From a candidate division CPR2 bacterium GW2011_GWC2_39_35 (GTDB lineage: Bacteria; Patescibacteriota; CPR2), in the NCBI GenBank assembly GCA_000995065.1, contig LBWX01000002.1, forward strand, positions 1-60,585: DNA of 60,585 bases. Direction: 5' to 3'. Shown piece by piece: positions 27,719-36,124 of this stretch. Under the pieces are notes generated by a model. That model saw only the letters and a program-made list of their open reading frames with translations, was not told the origin of the DNA and ran no database searches. The translations under genes and the position numbers were made by a program. How positions within the stretch are numbered: position 1 is the stretch's first letter; each line of letters opens with the position of its first letter.

Positions 27719-27804
27719 AAAAACTAACCTCTGGCCTTTATTTTTTAAAAAACTGATGAAGAAACCAGACAAAAAAATTTACAAACTTTACAACAGACTA
27801 TCCC

Positions 27805-27848
27805 TTACTTAACAATATTTAAACGATCGTTTAAATATTGTTAAGTAA
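27805..27848. repeat. Perfect 44-bp palindrome with no loop
   Basis: TTACTTAACAATATTTAAACGA|TCGTTTAAATATTGTTAAGTAA; the halves are exact reverse complements. Confidence 0.95.
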
Positions 27849-27858
27849 TTTATCCGAC

Positions 27859-28083
27859 TTAGGATATCACTGCTTTTTCGATCCTTTTCACGTTTATTTT
27901 ACGAGGCGTAATTTTAAGTAGAATTAAGGCAGATGCAGCTCCAAGAACCGACAGAAGAGAAAAGGCTTCCTCATTTCCAAAAGTTTGCGCCAAAATTCCC
28001 GCAACCATCGGTCCAACTATGTACCCGACGTTAAAAGCCGAATCCTCAATCTCCTTTGAGATAACCGTAAGAACTAAAATAGA
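27859..28083 (-). pseudogene. C-terminal stump of a transporter gene (MFS-like last two helices), lacking its 5' part
   Basis: Open 74-codon frame ...SAFNVGYIVGPMVAGILAQTFGNEEAFSLLSVLGAASALILLKITPRK...* preceded by an in-frame TAA. No plausible start or upstream continuation. Confidence 0.4.
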
Positions 28084-28155
28084 TTAAATCATTACTGTTA
28101 AGCGTTGTGTAGTATAAACTCGAATAAAAAAGACGAAGCTATAAAAAATTTGAAT

Positions 28156-28185
28156 AAAGAGGGGATTGGGGCGAATCCCCTCTTT
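28156..28185 (-). terminator. Rho-independent terminator of the 28194..28658 gene
   Basis: AAAGAGGGGATT-GGGGCG-AATCCCCTCTTT 8 nt past the stop, followed on the minus strand by ATTCAAATTTTTT. Confidence 0.7.
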
Positions 28186-28193
28186 ATCTTTTC

Positions 28194-28658
28194 TTAGGCT
28201 TTCGTCTTCTTTGGAATCAAAACTTGAATCGTACTGGCGTTCTCAAATACTTCTTTAACAAGCTTGCCAACTTCGCCAGCACTCGGATGAACAAGCACTT
28301 TGATTTCATCCAAAAATACCGTAGGGCAGTGAGGGCAAATTGATTGTCCGCTCGTTTCCAGATAGCTTACCGGGATCACATGTAAACAGTTACCGCATCT
28401 TGCTACTACTGGTATGGTCAAACTCAATCCCTCAATCTGAGACCTAATCATTGCTGTCACCTCGGATGTCGTCAGGCAATAATCACCGTCAAAGCTAATT
28501 ATTGCTGAGGTTATTCCTGCAATGTCCGAATGCTCTAAGCTAAGGCTTTTTCTAGGAAATAGCCTAGCGGACACCGGACTATCAACAACAATGTGGCCTC
28601 CTTTCGTTTCTCCTTGAATCTCCTGAATCGGTTGCAACAGTGTAAAACAAGTATTCAT
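28194..28658 (-). CDS. Hypothetical protein with C-terminal CxxC...CxxC zinc ribbon
   Basis: CGNCLHV...16 aa...CPHCP. SD GGAGG upstream of the ATG. Confidence 0.5.
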   Translation of the reverse strand: MNTCFTLLQPIQEIQGETKGGHIVVDSPVSARLFPRKSLSLEHSDIAGITSAIISFDGDYCLTTSEVTAMIRSQIEGLSLTIPVVARCGNCLHVIPVSYLETSGQSICPHCPTVFLDEIKVLVHPSAGEVGKLVKEVFENASTIQVLIPKKTKA

Positions 28659-28851
28659 GCGTCACCTCCTTTTACTACGATTCTTGCTGCCTTTTTCCAG
28701 CCTACTAAAGACAAGTAAACTAGATTTGGGCAACAATTTTCTCGCCAAACAAAAAAGAGGTGATTTGAGATTTTAAAGTTCGCCCTCTAGCAAAGGATTC
28801 TACCATAAAAGCTTATATAGTAAAAGTTTTAAAAGAAATGAGAAATATTCG

Positions 28852-29811
28852 CTAATTATTATGAGATACTTTTGAACTTTCAAAAACTAGAGCGCCTGCA
28901 CCCAACATCCCAGCTTCATTGCCCAATTTGGAAATAACAATTTTGCAGACGTCTTTATTGGGCGAGATAGTTCTTTCCAGGATTACTTTTCTGACCGGAT
29001 CCATGATAAGATCGCCTGTTCCCGCCACACCCCCACCAAGAATAATCATTTCCGGATTACAAATATTAATAAGATTATTTATTCCTATCCCAAGCCAAAA
29101 TCCTACTTCATCAAAGCACTCTTTAGCTAATTTATCGCCATTCTCGGCCGCCTTGGTTATCATTGGCCCCTGAATATTTTCGATATTTCCATTGGCAAGT
29201 TTAAGGATTTGGGATTCTTTCCCTTTGTTAATTCTTTCTTTAGCTGCACGTATCAAGCCCGTACCCGAAGCCATCACATCAAGACAACCGCTCGAGCCGC
29301 ACCCGCATTTTGGCCCATTTGGCTGAACCACCATGTGGCCAATTTCCGCCCCCGTACCGGTAACGCCTCGATAAACTTTGCCGTTCAAAATAATTCCCCC
29401 ACCAATTCCGGTACCAACAGTTAAACCGATCACATTCTTATAGTCTTTCGCCATTCCAAAGGAGTGTTCGGCCAGAACTGCCAAATTGGCATCGTTATCT
29501 ATAAAAACTGGTAAATTAAATTTATCATGGATTGCTCCACGAAGATCAAAACCACTTAAAGACAAATTAGGAGTATTATAGATCGTGCCTTTTTCATGAT
29601 CCACCCAGCCGGGCACACCTAAACCAATCCCAACCACATCATTTGAAATTATTTCTTTAATGACCCCCGAAACAACATGGGCCGTGTCCGACGCTTCTCC
29701 TTGAGGAGTATCCACCTTAACAGATTTTAAGATATTGCCACCCTCAACAATTAAAGCCCCGCAAATCTTTGTCCCGCCGATATCTATACCGATTGATTTT
29801 TTATGAGTCAT
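28852..29811 (-). CDS. ROK-family glucokinase
   Basis: IGIDIGGTKI ATP site and CGCGSSGCLD ROK zinc motif. Confidence 0.85.
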   Translation of the reverse strand: MTHKKSIGIDIGGTKICGALIVEGGNILKSVKVDTPQGEASDTAHVVSGVIKEIISNDVVGIGLGVPGWVDHEKGTIYNTPNLSLSGFDLRGAIHDKFNLPVFIDNDANLAVLAEHSFGMAKDYKNVIGLTVGTGIGGGIILNGKVYRGVTGTGAEIGHMVVQPNGPKCGCGSSGCLDVMASGTGLIRAAKERINKGKESQILKLANGNIENIQGPMITKAAENGDKLAKECFDEVGFWLGIGINNLINICNPEMIILGGGVAGTGDLIMDPVRKVILERTISPNKDVCKIVISKLGNEAGMLGAGALVFESSKVSHNN

Positions 29812-30355
29812 TTTTGTCTCCCTTTTGGTTTATACTATCATACTTAAGCGTATCATAACCCTTAAAGACCCTATCTTCTCTCTTAACTCCTAAGCTTTCT
29901 AGAAAATTAAATAATTCTTCCTGAATAGCCTCACCATCTTCCGCCGAAGTCTTCTCTACCTCTATAAAACTTCCCAGTCCTTCTACCTCATCCAAACATA
30001 TCACCAAATCCTCAAATTTTCCTTTTCGCCGCTTTTTACTTACCGAAATCACTTTTTTATAACTCATCTGATCCAGCATATCTTCCAGGGCTTTTTTATC
30101 CGAAACTTTGGTTTCTTTCTCGATGCAATCCAATTCATTTGTTCTACTTCTTTTTAGGGTAAAGATAATTTCTTTACCTTGAGTTCTGACCCTAAGAACG
30201 TTCTTTTTTTTATTACCGCATAGATCTTCACCCAAAGCCACGTAAATATCATCTTGTTGGCTTAATGACGGAGACAATTTGATACCCGCTTCGGTCAACT
30301 TTTCTAAAACTTGCTTTTCATTATTGAGTTTCGCCTTTACTTCTATTTCGTTCAT
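29801..30355 (-). CDS. CYTH-domain protein (CyaB-like class IV adenylyl cyclase / triphosphate tunnel metalloenzyme)
   Basis: MNEIEVKAKL carries the ExExK signature. Start moved to ATG 30355, which is preceded by AAGGGAGA. Confidence 0.65.
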   Translation of the reverse strand: MNEIEVKAKLNNEKQVLEKLTEAGIKLSPSLSQQDDIYVALGEDLCGNKKKNVLRVRTQGKEIIFTLKRSRTNELDCIEKETKVSDKKALEDMLDQMSYKKVISVSKKRRKGKFEDLVICLDEVEGLGSFIEVEKTSAEDGEAIQEELFNFLESLGVKREDRVFKGYDTLKYDSINQKGDKNDS

Positions 30356-30475
30356 CTCGTCTCCCTTTAAGCCAAGTATAGCTAAACATAAACTATGGTA
30401 CAATAAATTCGTAAATTCATCCTCATAACCCGCCAAACTTAAGGCTGCTTCAAAAACTTAAGCTAATATAAATAA

Positions 30476-30511
30476 ATGGGGCTCCGGAAATTATTACATC
30501 CGGTGCCCCAT
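30476..30511 (-). terminator. Stem-loop terminator downstream of the TPR gene
   Basis: ATGGGGC(T)CCGGA-loop-TCCGG(T)GCCCCAT, followed on the minus strand by TTTATTTATATT. Confidence 0.5.
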
Positions 30512-30656
30512 AGACTGTCTTTACTTCTTACCCCCCTCTTTCTGTATAGTTCCTACCTGCTTCTTGCTTGAGCCAACTTTTGCCAGCAATATCCTTGCGC
30601 CCGCTGATGATTGCTCACCTTTTGGATTCACTGTAATATGTCTACCCTTCCCCACC

Positions 30657-31454
30657 TTATTTGCTCCTCTCCAAGTCTCTCAGAGCTTCTACAGCTCCCT
30701 TATAACCCCACTTTATCGACAATTTGAATGCTTCGGCAGCCTTTTCTTTATTGCCTAGCTCACGGTTTGCATCACCCATCCAATAATAAGCATAGGATTT
30801 ATCCTCAACTTTATCTTTATGGAAAAGGTCTACCGCAATTTTATGCATCTTGATACTCTCGTTGTACATCCCCTTCTCATAATAACAACCGCCTAAATTG
30901 TAATAAGCATTAGCCTTCTTGGGATCAATCTCGATGATCCTTCTGTAATACATTGCAGCTACATCGAATTGGTTACGATCAAAAACAATGCTTGCCAAAC
31001 CAAAGAGCGCTTTTGTCATTTTAGGATTAATATCCAGCGCTATTCCAAAATACCTCATGGCTTTTTCGTAATTATAGCGATCGTAGTATATACGACCGAT
31101 GAGAAACCAGCCATCATAGTTATCACGATTCATGGATATGGCTTGCCTCAAGTTGTAAAGCGCCTTATCAGGCTGTTTCAGCTCATAAAAGATCACTCCA
31201 AGCGCAAAATAATTTAGATCATCACTAGGATCTTGCGCTATAGCCTCTTCAATCTGAATTCTTGCTGACCTAAAATCGCCACGATATGTATATTTCTGAG
31301 CTGCAAGCTGATACTTATTGGGCTTATTTGGTCTCTTCTTTATCGCCTCGTCAATTGCAGCGATTACAAATATTGCCCCTAAAGCCAATAGAATGACAAT
31401 ATTTTCATGTCTAGCAATCCATTCCTGAGCTTCAGAAATATGTATTCCTAACAT
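30657..31454 (-). CDS. Membrane-anchored TPR-repeat protein
   Basis: TM helix IVILLALGAIFVIAAI followed by several 34-aa TPR-like units (AxxYxxxGxxYYxxxxYxxAxxxF). ATG 31454 follows GGAGGGGG. Confidence 0.65.
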   Translation of the reverse strand: MLGIHISEAQEWIARHENIVILLALGAIFVIAAIDEAIKKRPNKPNKYQLAAQKYTYRGDFRSARIQIEEAIAQDPSDDLNYFALGVIFYELKQPDKALYNLRQAISMNRDNYDGWFLIGRIYYDRYNYEKAMRYFGIALDINPKMTKALFGLASIVFDRNQFDVAAMYYRRIIEIDPKKANAYYNLGGCYYEKGMYNESIKMHKIAVDLFHKDKVEDKSYAYYWMGDANRELGNKEKAAEAFKLSIKWGYKGAVEALRDLERSK

Positions 31455-31680
31455 TGAAATCTTAACCCCCTCCTGCCGTAAAAATATGTTTCCCTTGATA
31501 AATTGTGTAGGTACGCGTTGACGGACGATTATCATACCATAATTATTCATATTTATCAAGTAAAAAGCGGCGCGGGTCTTAATCATTCTTGAAATGCACA
31601 CCTAAAAATAGTATAATAAGGCGTTCGCGAAGCTGGAAAGAATAAAATTGACAACCTATATGCACAGGAGGGATCGCAGA

Positions 31681-32124
31681 ATGGAATTGAAAACGGTTTT
31701 CAAAGAAAAAGATGGGTTGCTAGAACTCATCAAACAAAAAAACGGGCTCATGCATGAGATAAGATCGGTGATAGGCGCAATCGCCGAAATACCGACTCTA
31801 GACGCGCTATCTTTAACCCATCATAAAGGCTGCTCAAAGAGAGTTCCCTGCTCTCACACGGCATGGATCAAGCTGCCGCCCGAAGAGAGTAAGATCCGCC
31901 TCACGCTTTGCCAGCTCGCAAGAGAATTGAACACACACATAAACAACGCACGATGGCTCATAGATCAATGCGTAGTAATGATCGAGGCCGAAGATGAAAA
32001 AAAGGAAATCGAGACTATTTTTAACATTGCTCGAGTATCACTGGCTTACGGCAGAGACACCATAGTAAAAATAGAGGAGATATGGGCCAACAGACCCGAC
32101 TCTATGGAAAAATTGAGCGAATAA
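31681..32124 (+). CDS. Hypothetical protein (orphan)
   Basis: ATG 31681 preceded by GGAGGG. More G+C-rich than surrounding genes. No motif recognised. Confidence 0.45.
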   Translation: MELKTVFKEKDGLLELIKQKNGLMHEIRSVIGAIAEIPTLDALSLTHHKGCSKRVPCSHTAWIKLPPEESKIRLTLCQLARELNTHINNARWLIDQCVVMIEAEDEKKEIETIFNIARVSLAYGRDTIVKIEEIWANRPDSMEKLSE

Positions 32125-32297
32125 GTAAGGCATCTCAGACAGGGGAGCTGCAAAAAAGCAAATACAGCCCCCTGTTTTAATTCTCCCAAAATCTGCTATA
32201 ATGCAACAACGCCAAGCGTTCTTTGAAATCCGAAGGATTAAAAACTTTAATCTTTCTTAAATATATAAACCTTTTTAGTTCTAAGGAGGGGGTCAAG

Positions 32298-33110
32298 GTG
32301 CCGCAGGATTTGATTTGGGTAATGTTCTGTGAAGCATTAAGCGTAATTATCCTTACATTGACTATTTTCTCGTTAACAATTGGTTACCGTGAAAAAAGCA
32401 GGGAAAAAAGGCTCATCGACGGATACAAACGGTCCGTCAAAGTAACGACGTTAAACATCCAGGAAGCCAGCAAACCAATGATCGTAAATTATGCTGCACT
32501 ACTCAGGTTAGTCGTATGTAAGATTTGCAATGAAGACGAGCGAGACAAGATGACAGAGAGATGCAACAATATAAAGACAGAGTTCGAAAGTAAAAAAGCC
32601 AGCACCCCTAAGCTGCAAGAGCTATATAATCACCTGAGTGAGGACATCAAGAGGGTTACGGCGCTAATAATGGCATATGGCCTGCAAGAGAAAGCAAAAC
32701 CTTATCTGGATCCACTTATTAAAGGTGAATTAGACCTGAACACGGCGTTTCATAATGAGGTCAGCTTACAAGATTATGCCAAGATGACAGCAGGCATATT
32801 GCATTACGATAATCTGAGCTCAATCATTAATAGTTTTGGGTTATCACCACATTCGAACGGCCGCGCGGCCACAGTACTTAACCGTATAATAAACGATTCT
32901 ACCCCGGGCCATAGTATCTATAACTGCTTTATCGATTTACCGGAACAAGTAAGGTGCGCAGAATGCAAGGATTGTATAGATATCGGCCATCGAGCCGGTA
33001 TCAGCATACAGACAACGGAAACAGGTTACGACTACTCATGCGCAAAATGCGCAAAAGCACGAGAGTCTAGAAAGCCAAATTCGTCAATCGACAGTAAAGT
33101 CGCGGGATAA
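32298..33110 (+). CDS. Hypothetical membrane-anchored protein with C-terminal Cys-rich zinc-ribbon-like motif
   Basis: GTG 32298 preceded by AAGGAGGGGG. TM helix ALSVIILTLTIFSLTI. C-terminus CAECKDC...21 aa...CAKCAKA. Confidence 0.45.
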   Translation: MPQDLIWVMFCEALSVIILTLTIFSLTIGYREKSREKRLIDGYKRSVKVTTLNIQEASKPMIVNYAALLRLVVCKICNEDERDKMTERCNNIKTEFESKKASTPKLQELYNHLSEDIKRVTALIMAYGLQEKAKPYLDPLIKGELDLNTAFHNEVSLQDYAKMTAGILHYDNLSSIINSFGLSPHSNGRAATVLNRIINDSTPGHSIYNCFIDLPEQVRCAECKDCIDIGHRAGISIQTTETGYDYSCAKCAKARESRKPNSSIDSKVAG

Positions 33111-33200
33111 ATACTACCAGCAAATTTATAAGGGGGCCCATTTAAGAGGATAATTTACCTTAAAAAAGTAAACATCCTCGGGCCTCCAAAGTTTTTTAAT

Positions 33201-33225
33201 TAACCTAATTTCAGGTTATTTTTTG
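33201..33225 (+). terminator. Rho-independent terminator
   Basis: TAACCT-AATTTC-AGGTTA-TTTTTTG. Confidence 0.6.
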
Positions 33226-33226
33226 T

Positions 33227-34339
33227 TTATGCCATGAACCTCAAAAAAGCCCCGATACCACCCTCTCTTTTTAGATCTTCGCTATTGGTAAATTCCACAA
33301 CACCTTCATCCTCTAAAGCCTTTTCGATGATGACTTCATCAAGATGAATTTCTTTTACGGCCCTACTGCCACAGCTACAAGGAATCTGCATCTCATAACT
33401 GTCGCACAAAGAACATAGGTAACCCTCTGCTTTAAAATCCTCACTCACTATAAGCATCCCAACTTCCTTTTTATTTAGAGCCTTTAACATCTCCTTTAAA
33501 CCAAGAACCGCTTTTTTATGTTTCTTGGCGGTTGTTATCAGATTTTTAGCGTCAACCTCCTCGCTATGCTTCACTTTTCTATTTAAAAAATCATTTGTCT
33601 TCTCTTCGATCAAGTTAACATTACTTCTAATATACAATTCATCCGTACCAATTACTTTTTCTTTTAAAGACTTGGGAAGAAGGTTTAAAAAATTTTCCGT
33701 TAAATCATGATGGCCAAAGATTACCCAATCATTTTTATTATAATAATTATAAATTTTCTTCATTTTACTTGTCGCCGTCTTAAAATGCCACAAGATATGA
33801 TCCTCCACATGTCGCTCCCATTTCATCTGTGACCAACCGCCTCTTTTAATTCTTCCCGGCACATCGCTTTGAATCTCATTTCGAAAGATTATCTCTCCTA
33901 AGGTGTAATCAAAAAATTTGGCTTTTTTAGAATCAATTAGAAGAATGTTAACATCGGGGTGCTTTAAAGCCACCTCTTCCAGATAGGAAATGTAAGGATG
34001 CTTGGCAAAAATAAGCCTTGTCTCCACCGGAATCTTTAGTTCAAACTTCTTGATGTCCGAATCGAATCCCATAATAAACACGCCTCGATCCGACGCGGGC
34101 AAATTTTCGAACTCCCGCCAAAAATTCTCCCTGAATTTTGTGTAATTTTCTCTGGTCTCGCCATGCTTCGGCAAAGATTTAGCAATTTTCTGGAAGGATT
34201 TCCTGATAAATGCATTATCCTTTACATTTTGATTAAGGTCGCGGTGGTTGGTATTTAGATAGAGGTTAATAAATATATTCCCTTTGGGGACTTTTTCAAC
34301 AATCTCTTTTATTTCTTTTAAGATCTCTTCTTGGCTCAT
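33227..34339 (-). CDS. Bacterial eRF1/Pelota/Vms1-like (VLRF1/baeRF-type) release-factor homologue with zinc-ribbon insert
   Basis: RGGWSQMKWERH parallels the eRF1 GGQ / Vms1 GxxQ loop (RGGQSALRFARL). C-terminus EGGIGAFLRF matches eRF1/Pelota domain 3 (GGIAAILRY). Insert CSLCDSYEMQIPCSCGS. The start lies somewhere in 34339-34378. Confidence 0.65.
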   Translation of the reverse strand: MSQEEILKEIKEIVEKVPKGNIFINLYLNTNHRDLNQNVKDNAFIRKSFQKIAKSLPKHGETRENYTKFRENFWREFENLPASDRGVFIMGFDSDIKKFELKIPVETRLIFAKHPYISYLEEVALKHPDVNILLIDSKKAKFFDYTLGEIIFRNEIQSDVPGRIKRGGWSQMKWERHVEDHILWHFKTATSKMKKIYNYYNKNDWVIFGHHDLTENFLNLLPKSLKEKVIGTDELYIRSNVNLIEEKTNDFLNRKVKHSEEVDAKNLITTAKKHKKAVLGLKEMLKALNKKEVGMLIVSEDFKAEGYLCSLCDSYEMQIPCSCGSRAVKEIHLDEVIIEKALEDEGVVEFTNSEDLKREGGIGAFLRFMA

Positions 34340-34656
34340 CTTTTCTTCCTCGCCTTTCCCATCCATTTCCCAAACCAAAAACGGTTCTTTAGGTTATCCT
34401 TTTCTTCCGTAAGATGAATATATTTTCCTAACTTTCTCCTTAGAAGCACAATTCGATGCCATGGCGTTTGCAAATCACTCATACTAAAATAATACCTTCT
34501 TAAGGATTAATTGTATTCGTTCAGGGTGGCAAAATATTTTGACTTTTATATCTAAACTTCCTAAATCCCCTTACCTAGTTTTTAGATAATCATATTTTTT
34601 TACATTCTTAGAACATCAAATTACAAGTCGCTCTTCTACAAAAAAATTCCCTTCCT

Positions 34657-34665
34657 TGCTATAAT
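34657..34665 (+). promoter_or_regulatory. Extended -10 (TGCTATAAT) only 6 nt before the ATG; possible leaderless transcript
   Basis: Read directly. No SD between the box and ATG 34672. Confidence 0.35.
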
Positions 34666-34671
34666 ACTCCC

Positions 34672-36114
34672 ATGATAAACCCAGAGAAAAAGCTTTTTAG
34701 ATGGGGACCGATTGATGCCACGCTCTTGCCGCTCGGATATTCCATGGTCCCGATGTTCGATATGATGCACGAACTCTTTGGCATCTGCTGGCCGGAAGGT
34801 TTAGTAATTTATGATCATGATAAAGCACTTTGGATCTTAGAAAACGAGGCAGTTGTAGAAACTAGCCACAAATTTACCGAAAAAATCATTTTGCCACCCG
34901 CGGAAAGGGAACGATTTTATAAAATTTGGGATGAATATGTTGGTAAACTTTCCCAAATCGAGTCCGAAATTGACAAAATAAGTTTAAGCCACCTTAATGA
35001 CAACGATCTAGCTATCTTCTTTAAAAGATGGAGCCAAGCCTATCTTAATTATTGGGCTATCGGCATGACAGCCGAACTCATTAATTATTCCCTAGAAGAT
35101 AAGCTTAAAAAATCTCTTCGAGCTTATTTTGAGGACGAGAGAGATTTAAACAAAGCCTTTGCCACTCTCTCTACCCCAACGCAAATGAGCTTCTACAAGG
35201 AAGAAGAAGCCGATCTTGTGAAAATCGTTCTATTGGATGAAAGCGAGAAGGCTAAAGCCCTTAAAAAACATTCGGAAAACTATTTTTGGATTTATAATAA
35301 TTATTTTGATACCCAAATCTTAGACGAAATATACTTTGCCAACCAGATTAAACATAAAACCAGAGACGATGCCGAGAAGTTTCTCACCGAAATCAGAGAT
35401 TATAAGAACAAGGCTTTAGAAGGCAAAGACGTGTATAAAAAGAAGCTTAATTTGTCTGGTAAAGAGCTAGGAATCGTTAATCTTCTAAATGAGTCAATAA
35501 TATTTCAGGATGTAAGAAAAAAATATAACCTAAAAGCGGCTCATTATCTAGAAGAATTTTTAAGAGACTTCAGCGCAAGAAGAGATATCGAAGCAAGAGA
35601 CTTAAAGTGGCTTTTACCTAAGGAAATGGAAAGATTTGCCGATGGAGAAGATCTAAGGGAAGCCATCGAAAAAAGAAAACATCTCGCTACTGTTCAGATC
35701 GCTCTTGGATCATTGCAAATTGACGTCCAAAATACCGCTAGCAAAATAAGCTCTCAGTTTGATGTATTAGAGTTCGAGGAAAGCACCAACATTCAAGGTA
35801 CAGTAGCCTCAACCAGTAACAAAAGATATTTTAGGGGGATTGCCAAGATAATTTTAAGTCCCAGGGAAGGCAATAAATTAAAAGCAGGCGAAATTTTAGT
35901 GACCACCATGACGACACCCGATTTTGTAACCTGCATGAAACGAGCCGGTGCCATTATTACCGATATCGGCGGTGTCACTTGCCATGCTGCTGTGGTCAGC
36001 CGAGAATTCGGCATCCCGTGCATTGTGGGAACAGAATACGCTACCAAAATCATAAAAGACGGCGATATCCTAGAACTCCATAACTTACGAGGAACCGTAA
36101 AGATTGTTAGATAA
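34672..36114 (+). CDS. Protein with C-terminal PEP-utilising-enzyme mobile (phosphohistidine swivel) domain; N-terminal ~350 aa unassigned
   Basis: GEILVTTMTTPDFVTCMKRAGAIITDIGGVTCHAAVVSREFGIPCIVGT is the classic swivel-domain motif with the catalytic His. Confidence 0.65.
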   Translation: MINPEKKLFRWGPIDATLLPLGYSMVPMFDMMHELFGICWPEGLVIYDHDKALWILENEAVVETSHKFTEKIILPPAERERFYKIWDEYVGKLSQIESEIDKISLSHLNDNDLAIFFKRWSQAYLNYWAIGMTAELINYSLEDKLKKSLRAYFEDERDLNKAFATLSTPTQMSFYKEEEADLVKIVLLDESEKAKALKKHSENYFWIYNNYFDTQILDEIYFANQIKHKTRDDAEKFLTEIRDYKNKALEGKDVYKKKLNLSGKELGIVNLLNESIIFQDVRKKYNLKAAHYLEEFLRDFSARRDIEARDLKWLLPKEMERFADGEDLREAIEKRKHLATVQIALGSLQIDVQNTASKISSQFDVLEFEESTNIQGTVASTSNKRYFRGIAKIILSPREGNKLKAGEILVTTMTTPDFVTCMKRAGAIITDIGGVTCHAAVVSREFGIPCIVGTEYATKIIKDGDILELHNLRGTVKIVR

Positions 36115-36124
36115 TAATCTATAA

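Noticed and set aside
27753-27764. Hammerhead-like CUGAUGA...GAAA core.
   Set aside because: Only one nucleotide separates CUGAUGA from GAAA, so there is no stem II. The flanking pairing is limited to CUGG/CCAG.
34336-34482. 48-codon basic ORF (MSDLQTPWHRIVLLRRKLGKYIHL...GKARKKR) whose TGA overlaps the ATG of the eRF1-like gene (ATGA).
   Set aside because: It has only a weak, distant SD, it is short, and there is no independent support. It also overlaps alternative upstream starts of the eRF1-like gene. Worth rechecking only if it is conserved in relatives.
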